The notes under the pieces: generated by a model
What the model was told of the DNA's origin: nothing
The model's input: only the letters and a program-made list of their open reading frames with translations
Database searches by the model: none
From: a bacterium
GTDB taxonomy: Bacteria; SZUA-182; DTGQ01; JAFGSM01
DNA: 23,633 nucleotides
Direction: 5' to 3'
Assembly (NCBI GenBank): GCA_049472335.1
Contig: JBLIRO010000075.1
Coordinates: 1 to 23,633, forward strand
Shown here: in pieces, positions 9,975 to 20,130 of the stretch
Layout of the letters: the number at the start of each line of letters is the position of its first letter
Position numbering within the stretch: position 1 is the stretch's first letter
Program-made: the position numbers and the translations under genes

Positions 9975-11385
9975 TTTCTAATCCCTCGACTATTTGTTTA
10001 AATTTTTCACCCCTGTCCTTGTAATCTTTAAACATATCAAAGCTTGCACACCCCGGAGAAAACAGGATGGTATACCCGGATCTCGCCATCCTGTAAGCAT
10101 CACGGACCGCAGATTGGAGATTGTCTGATTTAATAATCTTTGTGTAAGCCCCCAAGACGCCTGCAATCTTTTCGGTGGCCTCCCCTATTAGAAATATTGC
10201 CCTGACCTTTTCTTGAACCAGTTGAGAAAGAGTGCTGAAGTCCCCTCCTTTATCCTTTCCTCCGGCAATCAGGATTATAGGATCATTTACTGATTCGATA
10301 GCCTTAATTACCGCTCCCACATTCGTACCTTTGGAATCATTGACGAAATCTACACCCCGGATATTTCTAACCTTCTCTAAACGATGAGGCAATCCTCTAA
10401 ACTCTCTGAGTGTTGTTCGAATGCTTTCTTGAGAAGCCCCGGCCAGATAAGCGGCTATGCTTGCAGCCATTATATTTTCCATATTGTGGTTCCCGGTCAA
10501 TCCCATTTCTTCCACCGCACCCAGATCTATTTGATTTTTCTGATCATGGATGATAATGTGCCCTGCTTCGACATTAGCCCCTTTTGATACCGGCTTCCCA
10601 TAATCAAAAAGGAATACCTGGGAAGAGCATCTTTTTGCCAGGCCATACACCCATGGATCCCTGGCATTCAGGATCGCATAATCATTGGATTTTTGCAGCT
10701 TCAAAATCCTTGCTTTGGCTTCCTGATATTCTGTAATATCAGAATATCTGTCCAGGTGGTCCGGTGTAATATTAAGGATGATTGCCATATAGGGCGCAAA
10801 ACTTACGACACCTTCCAACTGAAAACTACTTACTTCAACCACCAGAAAATCATAATCTATGTCATTGTCAAGGGCATTAAGGATCGGCGTGCCAATATTC
10901 CCTCCCACAAACACCCTTTTCCCATCCGTGTTCAGGATTTGGCCAAGCAGGGTTGTCGTTGTTGTCTTGCCGTTTGTCCCGGTTATGGCAATTATCGGAG
11001 AATCAGTTAAACGATATGCAAGTTCTATGTCGCTCAGGATTGGTATCCCGTTAGATCTGGCTTTCAATAAAGGCACAATATTCATAGGGACACCCGGACT
11101 TACAAGTATCCAATCCTTATCCAAAAAGGTTTTTTCCTGGTGACCGCCAAATTCCCATTGGATATCCAGGTTTGATAATTCCTGAAAAGCGTCTTTTACT
11201 TCTGTAATATTATGTTGCTCGGAAATGGTAACTCTGCATCCTTGACTGGCTAGAAATCTTGCAGCAGCAAGGCCTGTTTTCGCAAGCCCGACGATTAAAA
11301 CGTTGCCGTCCGGAAACGTCTCGGTTTTGTCTCGAATTTTCATCATAGTGTTTCTCTTTGTTTTGTTACCAATCTTATAGCTCAT
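9967..11385 (-). CDS. murD: UDP-MurNAc-L-Ala--D-glutamate ligase
   Basis: TGTNGKTTT, GGNIG, EVSSFQL, DHLDRY, NDSKGTN, SPGCASFD. ATGA overlap with the mraY stop; alternative starts at 11346/11343. Confidence 0.97.
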   Translation of the reverse strand: MSYKIGNKTKRNTMMKIRDKTETFPDGNVLIVGLAKTGLAAARFLASQGCRVTISEQHNITEVKDAFQELSNLDIQWEFGGHQEKTFLDKDWILVSPGVPMNIVPLLKARSNGIPILSDIELAYRLTDSPIIAITGTNGKTTTTTLLGQILNTDGKRVFVGGNIGTPILNALDNDIDYDFLVVEVSSFQLEGVVSFAPYMAIILNITPDHLDRYSDITEYQEAKARILKLQKSNDYAILNARDPWVYGLAKRCSSQVFLFDYGKPVSKGANVEAGHIIIHDQKNQIDLGAVEEMGLTGNHNMENIMAASIAAYLAGASQESIRTTLREFRGLPHRLEKVRNIRGVDFVNDSKGTNVGAVIKAIESVNDPIILIAGGKDKGGDFSTLSQLVQEKVRAIFLIGEATEKIAGVLGAYTKIIKSDNLQSAVRDAYRMARSGYTILFSPGCASFDMFKDYKDRGEKFKQIVEGLENA

Positions 11386-12467
11386 CTCAGCTTAAGCGTG
11401 CTAAGGCTAAGCAGGGCCAGGATTATGGAGATTATCCAAAAACGCACGATAATTTTTGGTTCGGCCCACCCTTTTAATTCAAAATGATGATGAATCGGTG
11501 CCATTGCAAAAAACCTTTTACCGCTTACACGAAAAGAGACGACCTGGATTATTACCGATACCGTCTCAATTACAAAAAGACCGCCTACCAGAATCAAGAT
11601 CAATTCATGTTTTGTCAAAAGCGCTACAGTACCCAGGGCAGCCCCAAGCGAAAGCGAGCCTATGTCACCCATGAAGACCTGGGCTGGATAAGTGTTAAAC
11701 CATAAAAATCCAATACCGGCACCCAACATAGCACTACAGAAAATAGTCAGCTCTCCGGCGCCTTTGACATTTATAATCATAAGATAATCAGCAAACTTGG
11801 CATGTCCTGTTACATAAGCCAGTCCTGTATAAGTAACCGCAGCAATAATCATCGGACCTATAGCCAAACCATCCAAACCATCCGTCAAATTAACACTGTT
11901 CGATGTACCAACAATTACAAAAAGACAAAATGGGATATATAACCAATGCAGATTGGGTTTTAAATTTTTAAAAAATGGGATTGCAAGTTCAGTTGTATAT
12001 GAGTTTGAAGGATTCAGATAAAGATATATCCCAACTGTAAGTGCGATAGCACACTGTATAAACAGCTTGGATTTTATGCTCAGCCCCGATCTCTTGCCCT
12101 TTCCTTTCAATTTCAAATAATCATCCCAAAATCCTAATAATCCGAAGGAAATGGTAACAAATATTACGATCCATATATAACGGTTTTTCAAATCCGCCCA
12201 GAGAAGGGTTGGTATAATGAGCGCTATCAATATAAGTATGCCGCCCATAGTAGGTGTGCCAGCCTTTATCCGGTGTACCTCCGGGACAACATCCCTAATC
12301 TGTTCCCCAATACTTAATGCCTGAAGTTTTTTTATTATCCAAGGGCCGAAAACAAAACTGAAGATCAAAGAGGTCAGGGCGGTATAAGCAGCTCTAAAAG
12401 TAATATACCTGAATACATTTAAAAAGGAATATCTACCATGCAAGGAATAAATCAAATTGTAGAGCAT
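11382..12467 (-). CDS. mraY: Phospho-N-acetylmuramoyl-pentapeptide transferase
   Basis: TPTMGG, DDY.K, NLTDGLDGLA, FMGD.GS, MAPIHHHFE. Confidence 0.98.
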   Translation of the reverse strand: MLYNLIYSLHGRYSFLNVFRYITFRAAYTALTSLIFSFVFGPWIIKKLQALSIGEQIRDVVPEVHRIKAGTPTMGGILILIALIIPTLLWADLKNRYIWIVIFVTISFGLLGFWDDYLKLKGKGKRSGLSIKSKLFIQCAIALTVGIYLYLNPSNSYTTELAIPFFKNLKPNLHWLYIPFCLFVIVGTSNSVNLTDGLDGLAIGPMIIAAVTYTGLAYVTGHAKFADYLMIINVKGAGELTIFCSAMLGAGIGFLWFNTYPAQVFMGDIGSLSLGAALGTVALLTKHELILILVGGLFVIETVSVIIQVVSFRVSGKRFFAMAPIHHHFELKGWAEPKIIVRFWIISIILALLSLSTLKLR

Positions 12468-13930
12468 CGATGATCCTCTTCTTTTTTGAATGTCTTCTTT
12501 TTTGTATAATTTCTGGAACCAATGATCTCTATGAGACTTCTGGAGATCTTATCCAGACTCATTTGACGCGATCCCTTTATAAGGACCCAATCCCCTTCTT
12601 TCAAAAGCGATCCGGCCAATCTGGAGGCATCCTCATGTCTTTCTACTGACCAGACTCTTTTGGATGGATACCCTGTTTTTATAGCCTCCTCGGCCATTAT
12701 TTTTGTTTGAGAGCCAAATGTAATCAAAAAATCCACCTTACTATTATGCCCCAGCCACTGCCCGAGCTGACGGTGAAGGCACTCAGCTTGACTCCCTAAT
12801 TCAAGCATGTCTCCCAATATAGCCATTGACCTTCCGGAACCTTTACACTCAAAAAGAGTACTGAGTGCAAAGTGCATTGATTCCGGATTCGCATTGTAAG
12901 AATCATCCAATATGTGAATACCTTCAACGATATGATGATCCATTCTATTGGGTATACTGGTAAATTGGGCTATACCGGCCTCGATCTCCTCCTGGCTACA
13001 ATCAAATTCCATTGCTACGGCTACAGCCATGAGTAAGTTATGGGCGATAAATTTCCCGAGCACCGGGAGTGTCAACGAGAATATTTTCCCCTTAACCTTA
13101 AAAACCACATTTGTTTTGCCTTCACTTGGATTAAGTTCTATATTTTGTATTTTCAAATCTGCTTTATATGATTCACCAACAGTGATAATACCGTTTTTAC
13201 ATCTTTCTGCCAGTATATAATAATATGGGTCATCTCTGTTCAGAATTGCCAATCCCTCAGGCCCCATTCCTTCAAGAAGTTCCGCTTTTGCTTCTATTAT
13301 ATGATTCACTGAGCCCAGAAGGCCTATATGGGCCTTCCCGATATTTGTAATAATTCCAATCATGGGCTTTACTATAGAGGTCAATTGAGCAATCTCACCT
13401 TTATGGTTCATCCCCAATTCAATAATAGCGACTTGATGAAATTCTCTTAATCTCATCATCGTTAAGGAAACACCAATATTATTATTCATATTTCCTTTTG
13501 TGCTCAGGCAGTTGTATTTCTGGCTGAGTATTTTGGCAATCAGTTCTTTTGTTGTCGTTTTACCTGAGCTTCCAGTGACTGCTATGACTTGACATAAGTG
13601 TTTTTCACGCCATGCAGTTGCCAGTTTCTGTAAACTAATAAGTGTATCCTGCACCTTTATCAGGCTTCCGTTAACAGGACTAAACTGGATCGGCCTTGAT
13701 ATCACTGCTGCCAGGGCACCTTTTCTAAAAGCCTCCTCGACAAAATCATGACCATCAAACCTTTCCCCCTTAATAACCCAAAAAAGATCACCGGGGCACA
13801 GGGTACGGGAATCAATGGATATCTGACGTACAAGGGATTGACAGAGAGTTTTTTCCGGTTTTTTTAACCATTCCCCTTCAATCATCTTTTTTAAAATATC
13901 AAGTGTAAGCTTCAAGATTTTATGTCCCAA
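12452..13930 (-). CDS. murF: UDP-MurNAc-tripeptide--D-Ala-D-Ala ligase
   Basis: DSR, FDGHDF, TGSSGKTTTKE, ELGMNHKGEI, DDSYNANPES, GDMLELG, KGSR. TTG start is uncertain. Confidence 0.96.
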   Translation of the reverse strand: MGHKILKLTLDILKKMIEGEWLKKPEKTLCQSLVRQISIDSRTLCPGDLFWVIKGERFDGHDFVEEAFRKGALAAVISRPIQFSPVNGSLIKVQDTLISLQKLATAWREKHLCQVIAVTGSSGKTTTKELIAKILSQKYNCLSTKGNMNNNIGVSLTMMRLREFHQVAIIELGMNHKGEIAQLTSIVKPMIGIITNIGKAHIGLLGSVNHIIEAKAELLEGMGPEGLAILNRDDPYYYILAERCKNGIITVGESYKADLKIQNIELNPSEGKTNVVFKVKGKIFSLTLPVLGKFIAHNLLMAVAVAMEFDCSQEEIEAGIAQFTSIPNRMDHHIVEGIHILDDSYNANPESMHFALSTLFECKGSGRSMAILGDMLELGSQAECLHRQLGQWLGHNSKVDFLITFGSQTKIMAEEAIKTGYPSKRVWSVERHEDASRLAGSLLKEGDWVLIKGSRQMSLDKISRSLIEIIGSRNYTKKKTFKKEEDHRCSTI

Positions 13931-14011
13931 TATTATTTATTATTTTTATATCCCAATATCTCCTATAATCTTTTTGTCCCAATATCGTCTATAATGTCTG
14001 ACTCCCAATAT
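13925..14011. repeat. Four copies of TCCCAATAT at an exact 26-bp period across the murE/murF junction
   Basis: TCCCAATAT at 13925, 13951, 13977 and 14003; the flanking bases are partly conserved (e.g. CTATAAT in copies 2 and 3). Confidence 0.85.
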
Positions 14012-15554
14012 CTCTTATTATCAAATCATTAATGGCATCCCTTACGACCTCATGGTCATCAAAAGGAATGACCTTTGTGCCGATCATCTGCGTCTTTTCA
14101 TGACCTTTACCTGTTATTACAACCATGTCACCAGGCTTAGCCATTTTTACAGCACGATAAATGGCTTCTTTCCTATCTATACAGACTTCATATCTTCCCT
14201 CTGAATCCTCTTGAAGAAACCCTAGCTCAATCTCCCTTATGATTCTGTCAGGCTCCTCTCCCCTGGGATTATCAGAAGTAATAATAGACCAATCGCTCCC
14301 TCTTGCTGCAGCTTTTCCCATAAGGGGACGCTTGGTTCTGTCCCTGTCCCCCCCACAACCAAAAACACATATTATCCTCCCGCTGGTTTGCGTTCGCACC
14401 ACAGAAAGGAGATTAGAAAGTGCATCATCTGTATGCGCATAGTCAATGATCACATCAAAATCCTGCCCTTGAATGATCCTTTCGAATCTGCCGGAAACCC
14501 CTGTCATTGCGTGAATACCTTTCTGTATATCACCTATTTCAATGCCAAATCCCATTGTCAGGCATAGGGCTGCAAGTATATTGTAGATGTTTGGCCTGCC
14601 CATAAGCGGAGAAGTAATAAAATGGATTCCCCATGGTGTCACAGCCTTAAATGAAATACCGTCTATGCGTTCCTGAATATCTTTTGCAGTTACATCAGCT
14701 TCATTCATTATCCCATAGGTGATCGTTAATGACCTCTCCGGAAATTTTGTTCTCTTTAACTCCAGGATCTCTCTTGAGGCGTGATCATCCATATTGAAAA
14801 CCGCCACTTTATTGATAAAAGAGCCTTCCGGTTCATCCTCCATCATCTCGAAAAGCTTAGCTTTGGCTCTTCGATAATTGTCCTGAGTATTATGAAAATC
14901 CAAGTGATCCTGTGTGATATTTGTTAAAATAGCAGCATCAAATGAACATCCGGTAACCCTATCCAGGACAAGGGAATGGGAGGATACCTCAACAATTGCC
15001 CACTCACATCCTGCATTCACCATTTGATGCAAGATCCTTTGCAGATCAAGCGATTCCGGAGTAGTTCGATCAGATTGAAAAACATCCTTGTCAATACGAT
15101 AATCCAGGGTTGTTATCCATCCTATCCTCTCACCGGCCGCTTCAAGGATACTGGATATTAAGTTACACGTAGTTGTCTTGCCGTTTGTCCCTGTCACACC
15201 AATGAGATGCATATGTTTGGATGGATGCTCATAAAACTTATCAGCCATAAGGGCTAAAGCAAGACGAGAGTTAGAAACCAGACATAGTGATATCCCTTTT
15301 TCCGCCCAATCTTTAATTACAGGATCATCCCAAACCCTTTTATCTTCAATTATCAAAGCACAAGCACCCCTTTTTAAGGCATCTCCCAGGAACTGATGGC
15401 CATCTGATTTGAATCCCTTGATAGCCACAAACAGGTCCCCTGTCTTTACCTGCCTTGAGTCATAACAAAGGCCATTAACCTGTAAGTCCATATCCCCCAT
15501 AAAAGCCAGGGAATTTATTGATTTGATTAAATTTTTTATTTTCATACTTTCCAA
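13989..15554 (-). CDS. murE: UDP-MurNAc-dipeptide--meso-diaminopimelate ligase
   Basis: TGTNGKTT, TTPES, EVSSH, DHLDFH, DYAHT, FGCGGDRD, DNPR (mDAP-type motif), GKGHE. Confidence 0.97.
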   Translation of the reverse strand: MESMKIKNLIKSINSLAFMGDMDLQVNGLCYDSRQVKTGDLFVAIKGFKSDGHQFLGDALKRGACALIIEDKRVWDDPVIKDWAEKGISLCLVSNSRLALALMADKFYEHPSKHMHLIGVTGTNGKTTTCNLISSILEAAGERIGWITTLDYRIDKDVFQSDRTTPESLDLQRILHQMVNAGCEWAIVEVSSHSLVLDRVTGCSFDAAILTNITQDHLDFHNTQDNYRRAKAKLFEMMEDEPEGSFINKVAVFNMDDHASREILELKRTKFPERSLTITYGIMNEADVTAKDIQERIDGISFKAVTPWGIHFITSPLMGRPNIYNILAALCLTMGFGIEIGDIQKGIHAMTGVSGRFERIIQGQDFDVIIDYAHTDDALSNLLSVVRTQTSGRIICVFGCGGDRDRTKRPLMGKAAARGSDWSIITSDNPRGEEPDRIIREIELGFLQEDSEGRYEVCIDRKEAIYRAVKMAKPGDMVVITGKGHEKTQMIGTKVIPFDDHEVVRDAINDLIIRDIGSQTL

Positions 15555-15582
15555 ACTTACAAGATTAGCTGTTTGTTTTCTT

Positions 15583-17292
15583 TTAGAGTTTTGCTGTTAT
15601 AATTAATTGATTTTTCGGCCTCCCCATATCATTATCAACCGGAGATATCTGAAGATAATGTATAATCTTCTTTGCCACTTCACTAAAAATAGGAGCAGCC
15701 ACCTCTCCACCCCAACATGCTTTACGAGGTTGAGAAACCATTACTATCATGGCGAACCTTGCATTGGAATCGGGGAAAAAACCGATAAAGGATGTCAAAA
15801 AGTCCTCATGAGAATATTCTCCGGTTTTTTTATCCACCATCTGTGCCGTGCCTGTCTTACCTCCGATCCAATACCCCGGCACACCGGCCTTTACGCCAGT
15901 CCCCCGGCTGACAACCCCTCTTAGTATCTTCTTCATCTTATTACTCGTTTGGTCGCTTATAACCCTTCTTTTTATTGTTGGTGTTTGTTTTAAAAGGATC
16001 TTACCCTTTGAGTCTTTTATCTCCTTCATAATAAAAGGTTTCATCAGTCTTCCCCCGTTAACCAGGGCAGAAAAAGCTGTGATCAACTGTATCGGTGTAA
16101 CAGAAATCTCCTGGCCAATGGCAAGGGAGGCAAGTGATAAACCTGACCAATCATCAGGGGCACGTAAAATTCCTTTTACCTCTCCGGGAAAATCAATCCC
16201 TGTTTTTTCTCCAAATCCAAATCTTTTTATATATTCATAGAACCTCTGCTCCCCTAATTTTTGAGCGCATTTTATCGCACCGATATTACTCGAATTCTCC
16301 AGGATCTGCTTTAAACTAAGCCATCCGAATTTTTCATGGTCTCTTATCTTCTTCCCGGCCACATACATCGCACCATTTTCACAATAAAACAAACTGTTGC
16401 TATTGAGCATATCCTCTTCCAGAAGTGCCGCGGCCCAAAAAGGCTTGAAGGTAGACCCAGGCTCATAGATATCTATAACACATCTATTTCGCCAATAATC
16501 TCTTGGATAGGCTGCAAAATTATTAGGATTGTAACCGGGCCAATTTGCCATAGCATATATCTCTCCGGTATAGGTATCCATAATTATCACAAGACCATGT
16601 TGGGCATGAACCTTCTCACAGGTTTTTTTCAAAGCACCTTCGGCAAAAAATTGCATCACCAGGTCAATTGTTAAAAAAAGGCTGTGTTCTTTTCTTTCAT
16701 AGCAATCATAAGGATCAAAACAAGATGGATTGAGTTCCCTTGGGAATGTATTAGAGTCTGCATTTAGTTGCTTATTAAAATAGAATTCCAAACCCTCCAG
16801 TCCCTTTCCGTCAGTGCCCACGAATCCTATAAGCTGACTGGCAAGCTCTGCATTGGGATAAAACCTTTCGGTCTCCATAACAAAACCTATCTCTGTAAAA
16901 TCTAATCTTTCCAGGCGATTTTTTTGTTTAGGATTAAGTCTCCTTTTGATCCAAACAAATCCCTTGTCCCTTGCGAATGCTTCTCGAATCATCCTGGAAT
17001 TAATCCAGGGAATACGGGACATGGCTTTTATAACCGCCTTTTGGCTATTGGATTTCTTTGTTATTAAGTATGCTGAAGCGGCTTGAACGCTTAGAGCCAT
17101 TTCTTTACCTAAACGATCGAATATTCCACCCCTTGAAACACCTGTATCGGCAGATATTTTTTCCCTTATTATGGCCATAGAGCTGAGTTCAGAATGTTTT
17201 ATTACCTGAAGGTGATAAAGACGGCCAATTAAAATAATGCTGCAAAGGCAGAAAAATATAAAAAGAATATGTATCCTCTTGCTAATCATCAC
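15583..17292 (-). CDS. ftsI: Class B penicillin-binding protein FtsI (PBP3)
   Basis: N-terminal TM helix, RGGIFDR, RFYP, GLEGLE, SxxK (EPGSTFK), SSN, KTGTAQ. Confidence 0.96.
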   Translation of the reverse strand: MMISKRIHILFIFFCLCSIILIGRLYHLQVIKHSELSSMAIIREKISADTGVSRGGIFDRLGKEMALSVQAASAYLITKKSNSQKAVIKAMSRIPWINSRMIREAFARDKGFVWIKRRLNPKQKNRLERLDFTEIGFVMETERFYPNAELASQLIGFVGTDGKGLEGLEFYFNKQLNADSNTFPRELNPSCFDPYDCYERKEHSLFLTIDLVMQFFAEGALKKTCEKVHAQHGLVIIMDTYTGEIYAMANWPGYNPNNFAAYPRDYWRNRCVIDIYEPGSTFKPFWAAALLEEDMLNSNSLFYCENGAMYVAGKKIRDHEKFGWLSLKQILENSSNIGAIKCAQKLGEQRFYEYIKRFGFGEKTGIDFPGEVKGILRAPDDWSGLSLASLAIGQEISVTPIQLITAFSALVNGGRLMKPFIMKEIKDSKGKILLKQTPTIKRRVISDQTSNKMKKILRGVVSRGTGVKAGVPGYWIGGKTGTAQMVDKKTGEYSHEDFLTSFIGFFPDSNARFAMIVMVSQPRKACWGGEVAAPIFSEVAKKIIHYLQISPVDNDMGRPKNQLIITAKL

Positions 17293-17632
17293 TATAATCT
17301 TCTTTCATCGTTTCAAAGACTGGCGCCAAAACAATCATTTGATCTTCTTCGGGATCCGTAAGTCCCAGCCTTTCTCTGGCTTCCTTATCAATACGAGAAA
17401 ATGATTTTAAAAATCCGCGTTCCAAACGCAGTCTGTGATTTGTCTGTATAAGCTTCGCTCTGGATTGAATCAGATCATCTACCTCGTTCTCAATCCTGAC
17501 TTTGAGGATGCACTGACAAATATAAATCAGGACCATTCCAAAAAAAATGGCTAAAACAATGGTATAGCCAAAAGCCTTCAGAAATTCCCCCTTGTCCAGA
17601 TCCCTATGTATTTTGTAATTCTTCAATGACAT
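17282..17632 (-). CDS. ftsL: Cell division protein FtsL
   Basis: 116 aa, one TM helix then a coiled coil ending RIDKEARERLGL; between rsmH and ftsI. Confidence 0.85.
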   Translation of the reverse strand: MSLKNYKIHRDLDKGEFLKAFGYTIVLAIFFGMVLIYICQCILKVRIENEVDDLIQSRAKLIQTNHRLRLERGFLKSFSRIDKEARERLGLTDPEEDQMIVLAPVFETMKEDYSDD

Positions 17633-18537
17633 TCAGCGACCCTCATTCTTGCGCTTCTGCATCGAGGATTCATTTTTATTTCTTCAGAAGAAGGCCTGAC
17701 CGGCTTTTTAGTGAGAACATTCACTGTTCTCTTTTGTTCTGATGCCTTGTCCTTCTTCCCGGTCAAATCTCGAAAATATTTTTTCACAAGGGCATCCTCA
17801 AGCGAGTGAAAAGATATGATACATACCCTTCCTCCACTTCCCAGGCAATCCCAAACGACCTGCAAGAATTGGTTCAGGTTCTCTAATTCCTGATTTACTT
17901 CTATTCTCAATGCCTGAAAGGTTCTAGTGGCAGGGTGTATCTTCCATCTCCTCTTGGTTCTGGGAATAGTGGAACATATAATACGGACCAGGTGGCTCGT
18001 TGTCTCGATCGGAGTCTTTGCCCTCTCCTCGACAATCTTACGAGCGATACGACGAGACCATCTTTCCTGCCCGTATTTCCAAATAATCTCTGCCAGTTTG
18101 AATTCAGGATATTGATTGACTATTTCTGATGCCCTTTTTCCCCCATCATAATCGAAATTCATACCAAGGGGCGCTTCATTAAAAATACTAAATCCCCTTT
18201 GATTGTCCTCAAGTTGATAAGAAGATACTCCAAGATCCAGAAGAACTCCGTCCAGATTTGGAAAATGATGAGACGCCAAGATCGAGGGAAGATCCTTATA
18301 GTTTCCATGCACCAGTATGAGTCTGTCGCCAAACCCTGCCAGATTTTCCCTTGCTATGGCCAGGGCCTTAGAGTCCATATCGATGCCGAGAAGCCTACCA
18401 TCAGGAGAGGTAACTTCCAGGATTTTCTTTGCATGGCCTCCCAGACCGATCGTCCCATCACAGAAGTTTTTTCCTGCCGGACAATCCAGATAATGCATTA
18501 CCTGTTCTGTCATTACAGGTGTATGTATCCCCTTCAA
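17623..18537 (-). CDS. rsmH: 16S rRNA m4C1402 methyltransferase RsmH (MraW)
   Basis: HTPVM, DGT.GLGGHA, DLGVSS.QL, HPATRTFQALRIEVNQEL, ISFHSLED. GGAGGAGG SD before the TTG start. Confidence 0.97.
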   Translation of the reverse strand: MKGIHTPVMTEQVMHYLDCPAGKNFCDGTIGLGGHAKKILEVTSPDGRLLGIDMDSKALAIARENLAGFGDRLILVHGNYKDLPSILASHHFPNLDGVLLDLGVSSYQLEDNQRGFSIFNEAPLGMNFDYDGGKRASEIVNQYPEFKLAEIIWKYGQERWSRRIARKIVEERAKTPIETTSHLVRIICSTIPRTKRRWKIHPATRTFQALRIEVNQELENLNQFLQVVWDCLGSGGRVCIISFHSLEDALVKKYFRDLTGKKDKASEQKRTVNVLTKKPVRPSSEEIKMNPRCRSARMRVAECH

Positions 18538-18656
18538 TTAACCCTCCTCCTTATTCCCATTCCATAAATCATTAACTACATCCATTACCACATTAACTTC
18601 AACTCCAAACACAAAATCCTGAAGGGAACCATAAGCATTTAACGGTCTAAAAAATA

Positions 18657-19106
18657 TCAAATCCCAAATTCAGCTACTTTTTCCATAAGGGCGGTCATAT
18701 TACCCTCAATCTCTTCATCCTTTTCCATCCATTTATCCATAGGCCATATTTCAAAGTGATCCATCACACCGACAATCGCGACACTACCGTTAATATTACA
18801 TTTTTTCCTCATATGGGGAGGAATCAAAATTCTTCCGGAACGATCCATAGTGCAATCAAAAGCCCTTGAATACTGAGCACGCAGAAACATTTGCACCTGT
18901 TTGTTACGAGAGGGTAAGAGACGTAATTTCTCTTCCTTTTTATTCCATTCCTGAAGTGGATACACCTCTATACAATCTTCCAATACTGTAAGATATAAAT
19001 CACCACCTCCGTATTCCTTATTTAATATATCTCTTATACGCGTAGGTATACTTAATCTACCTTTCTGATCAACCGTATGTTCATAAGTTCCTTTAAAACT
19101 TGGCAT
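18657..19106 (-). CDS. mraZ: Transcriptional regulator MraZ
   Basis: Two DxxGR repeats (DQKGRLSIP, DRSGRILIP) and FEIW; first gene of the dcw cluster. Confidence 0.96.
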   Translation of the reverse strand: MPSFKGTYEHTVDQKGRLSIPTRIRDILNKEYGGGDLYLTVLEDCIEVYPLQEWNKKEEKLRLLPSRNKQVQMFLRAQYSRAFDCTMDRSGRILIPPHMRKKCNINGSVAIVGVMDHFEIWPMDKWMEKDEEIEGNMTALMEKVAEFGI

Positions 19107-19147
19107 TTTCTCAATTTTTAATGTTAAAGTGTTAAAGGGATTTTATC

Positions 19148-19204
19148 CCCCCTCATCCCACTTTGAAACATTTTACTCCCACTTTTTACCACAAGATACC
19201 CCAC
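19148..19204 (-). promoter_or_regulatory. MraZ-binding GTGG direct repeats
   Basis: Minus-strand GTGG (CCAC on +) at 19201, 19189, 19179 and 19158, plus GGGG at 19148. Two pairs are 10 bp apart, as known for MraZ boxes, and the set overlaps the promoter. Confidence 0.8.
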
Positions 19205-19221
19205 TCTGATTTTTTTGTCAA
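19193..19221 (-). promoter_or_regulatory. Sigma70-type promoter of the dcw operon
   Basis: TTGACA (19221-19216), 17 nt spacer, TATCTT (19198-19193). Confidence 0.8.
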
Positions 19222-19292
19222 GAGGCAAATATATATTTTTTTAAAAAAAATCTCCGAAAGTTGTATAAAATTTTCTAAAATAACAGGCCCAA

Positions 19293-19340
19293 ACACAATA
19301 TGTAGTATTATAAATAATTCAAATATACATCATATTGTAT
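19293..19340. promoter_or_regulatory. Tandem NrdR-box-like sites
   Basis: ACACAATATGTAGTAT (19293-19308) and ATACATCATATTGTAT (19325-19340) resemble the consensus acaCwAtATaTwGtgt; starts are 32 bp apart. Confidence 0.55.
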
Positions 19341-19520
19341 TGAATTTTTTAAAATTTTTTTCAATTTAGTCGCTAATCCTTCTAACTTAAAAAAAAATTT
19401 CTTTATTTTTCTAAATGATTTTCCAAAATCCGTGATCAAATAAGAAATATGCACAATCCTAGAAATGGACATTTTGCGACCATTTATTGGGGATATCGCT
19501 TGTGATGGCAGCAAACAAAT

Positions 19521-19919
19521 CTAAGGGATAATAATTTTTAATGACGTCTTTTGAGCTATTAAATTGAAGTGGTTGTCTTGATGTAAGATAGGTAAATTGT
19601 TTTCAATGGCAATTAGAGCTATATAGGTATCTGTTAATGGAACACTAATTCCCTTTCGGAAAAGTTCAAATGAAAATCCGGATAATCTACTCCAAAAATC
19701 TTCCTCCACGGACAAATAATCCAATCCTCTTAGTAATTCATTCATCATTTCATATTCTTTTCTTGACTTAGTTCCCCTCAAAATCTCTGTTTTTATAATA
19801 CCAGGGAGGAGTATTTCCCCTTCCATAATAGAGTTCTTCACTATTTCTTTTAGTCTGGCACTACCATCCGGGCGAAAAGATTCTATCCAGGCAGATGTAT
19901 CCACTATAATCTTATTCAT
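19521..19919 (-). CDS. vapC: PIN-domain toxin, VapC family
   Basis: IIVDTSAWI, E (TEILRG), TD..IA..A, DNHF: the conserved PIN acidic residues; overlaps the antitoxin stop. Confidence 0.92.
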   Translation of the reverse strand: MNKIIVDTSAWIESFRPDGSARLKEIVKNSIMEGEILLPGIIKTEILRGTKSRKEYEMMNELLRGLDYLSVEEDFWSRLSGFSFELFRKGISVPLTDTYIALIAIENNLPILHQDNHFNLIAQKTSLKIIIP

Positions 19920-20115
19920 CTGACCTCATCCTATCCAGATGTTCATGTGTATAACCAAATTCATAATTTCCAATAAGTGAGGCTAGCCTTTCTCTTCTCT
20001 TTAAGTTTAGATATGTCTTTATAGCTATAGTTATAGCCTCCTTCTTTGTATGTGACTTAGTCTCTTTTAATAATGCATTCATTAATTCATCTTGTATATC
20101 TATAAGTGTCCTCAT
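19912..20115 (-). CDS. vapB: VapB-family antitoxin
   Basis: MRTLIDIQDELM...TKKEAI..A pattern, 67 aa, AAGGAGG SD, directly upstream of the PIN toxin. Confidence 0.9.
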   Translation of the reverse strand: MRTLIDIQDELMNALLKETKSHTKKEAITIAIKTYLNLKRRERLASLIGNYEFGYTHEHLDRMRSDE

Positions 20116-20130
20116 TTTAGACCCTCCTTG

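Noticed and set aside
285..18567. Numerous plus-strand ORFs of 60-180 aa within the dcw cluster (e.g. 1595-2137, 15848-16240, 18199-18567)
   Set aside because: They lie antisense to well-conserved genes and show no recognisable motifs; they are shadow ORFs.
19163..19514. ORFs 19163-19369 and 19308-19514, and a possible rnpB between rsmI and mraZ
   Set aside because: This is AT-rich regulatory DNA with low-complexity translations; no RNase P RNA conserved motifs (e.g. GAGGAAAGTCC) were seen.
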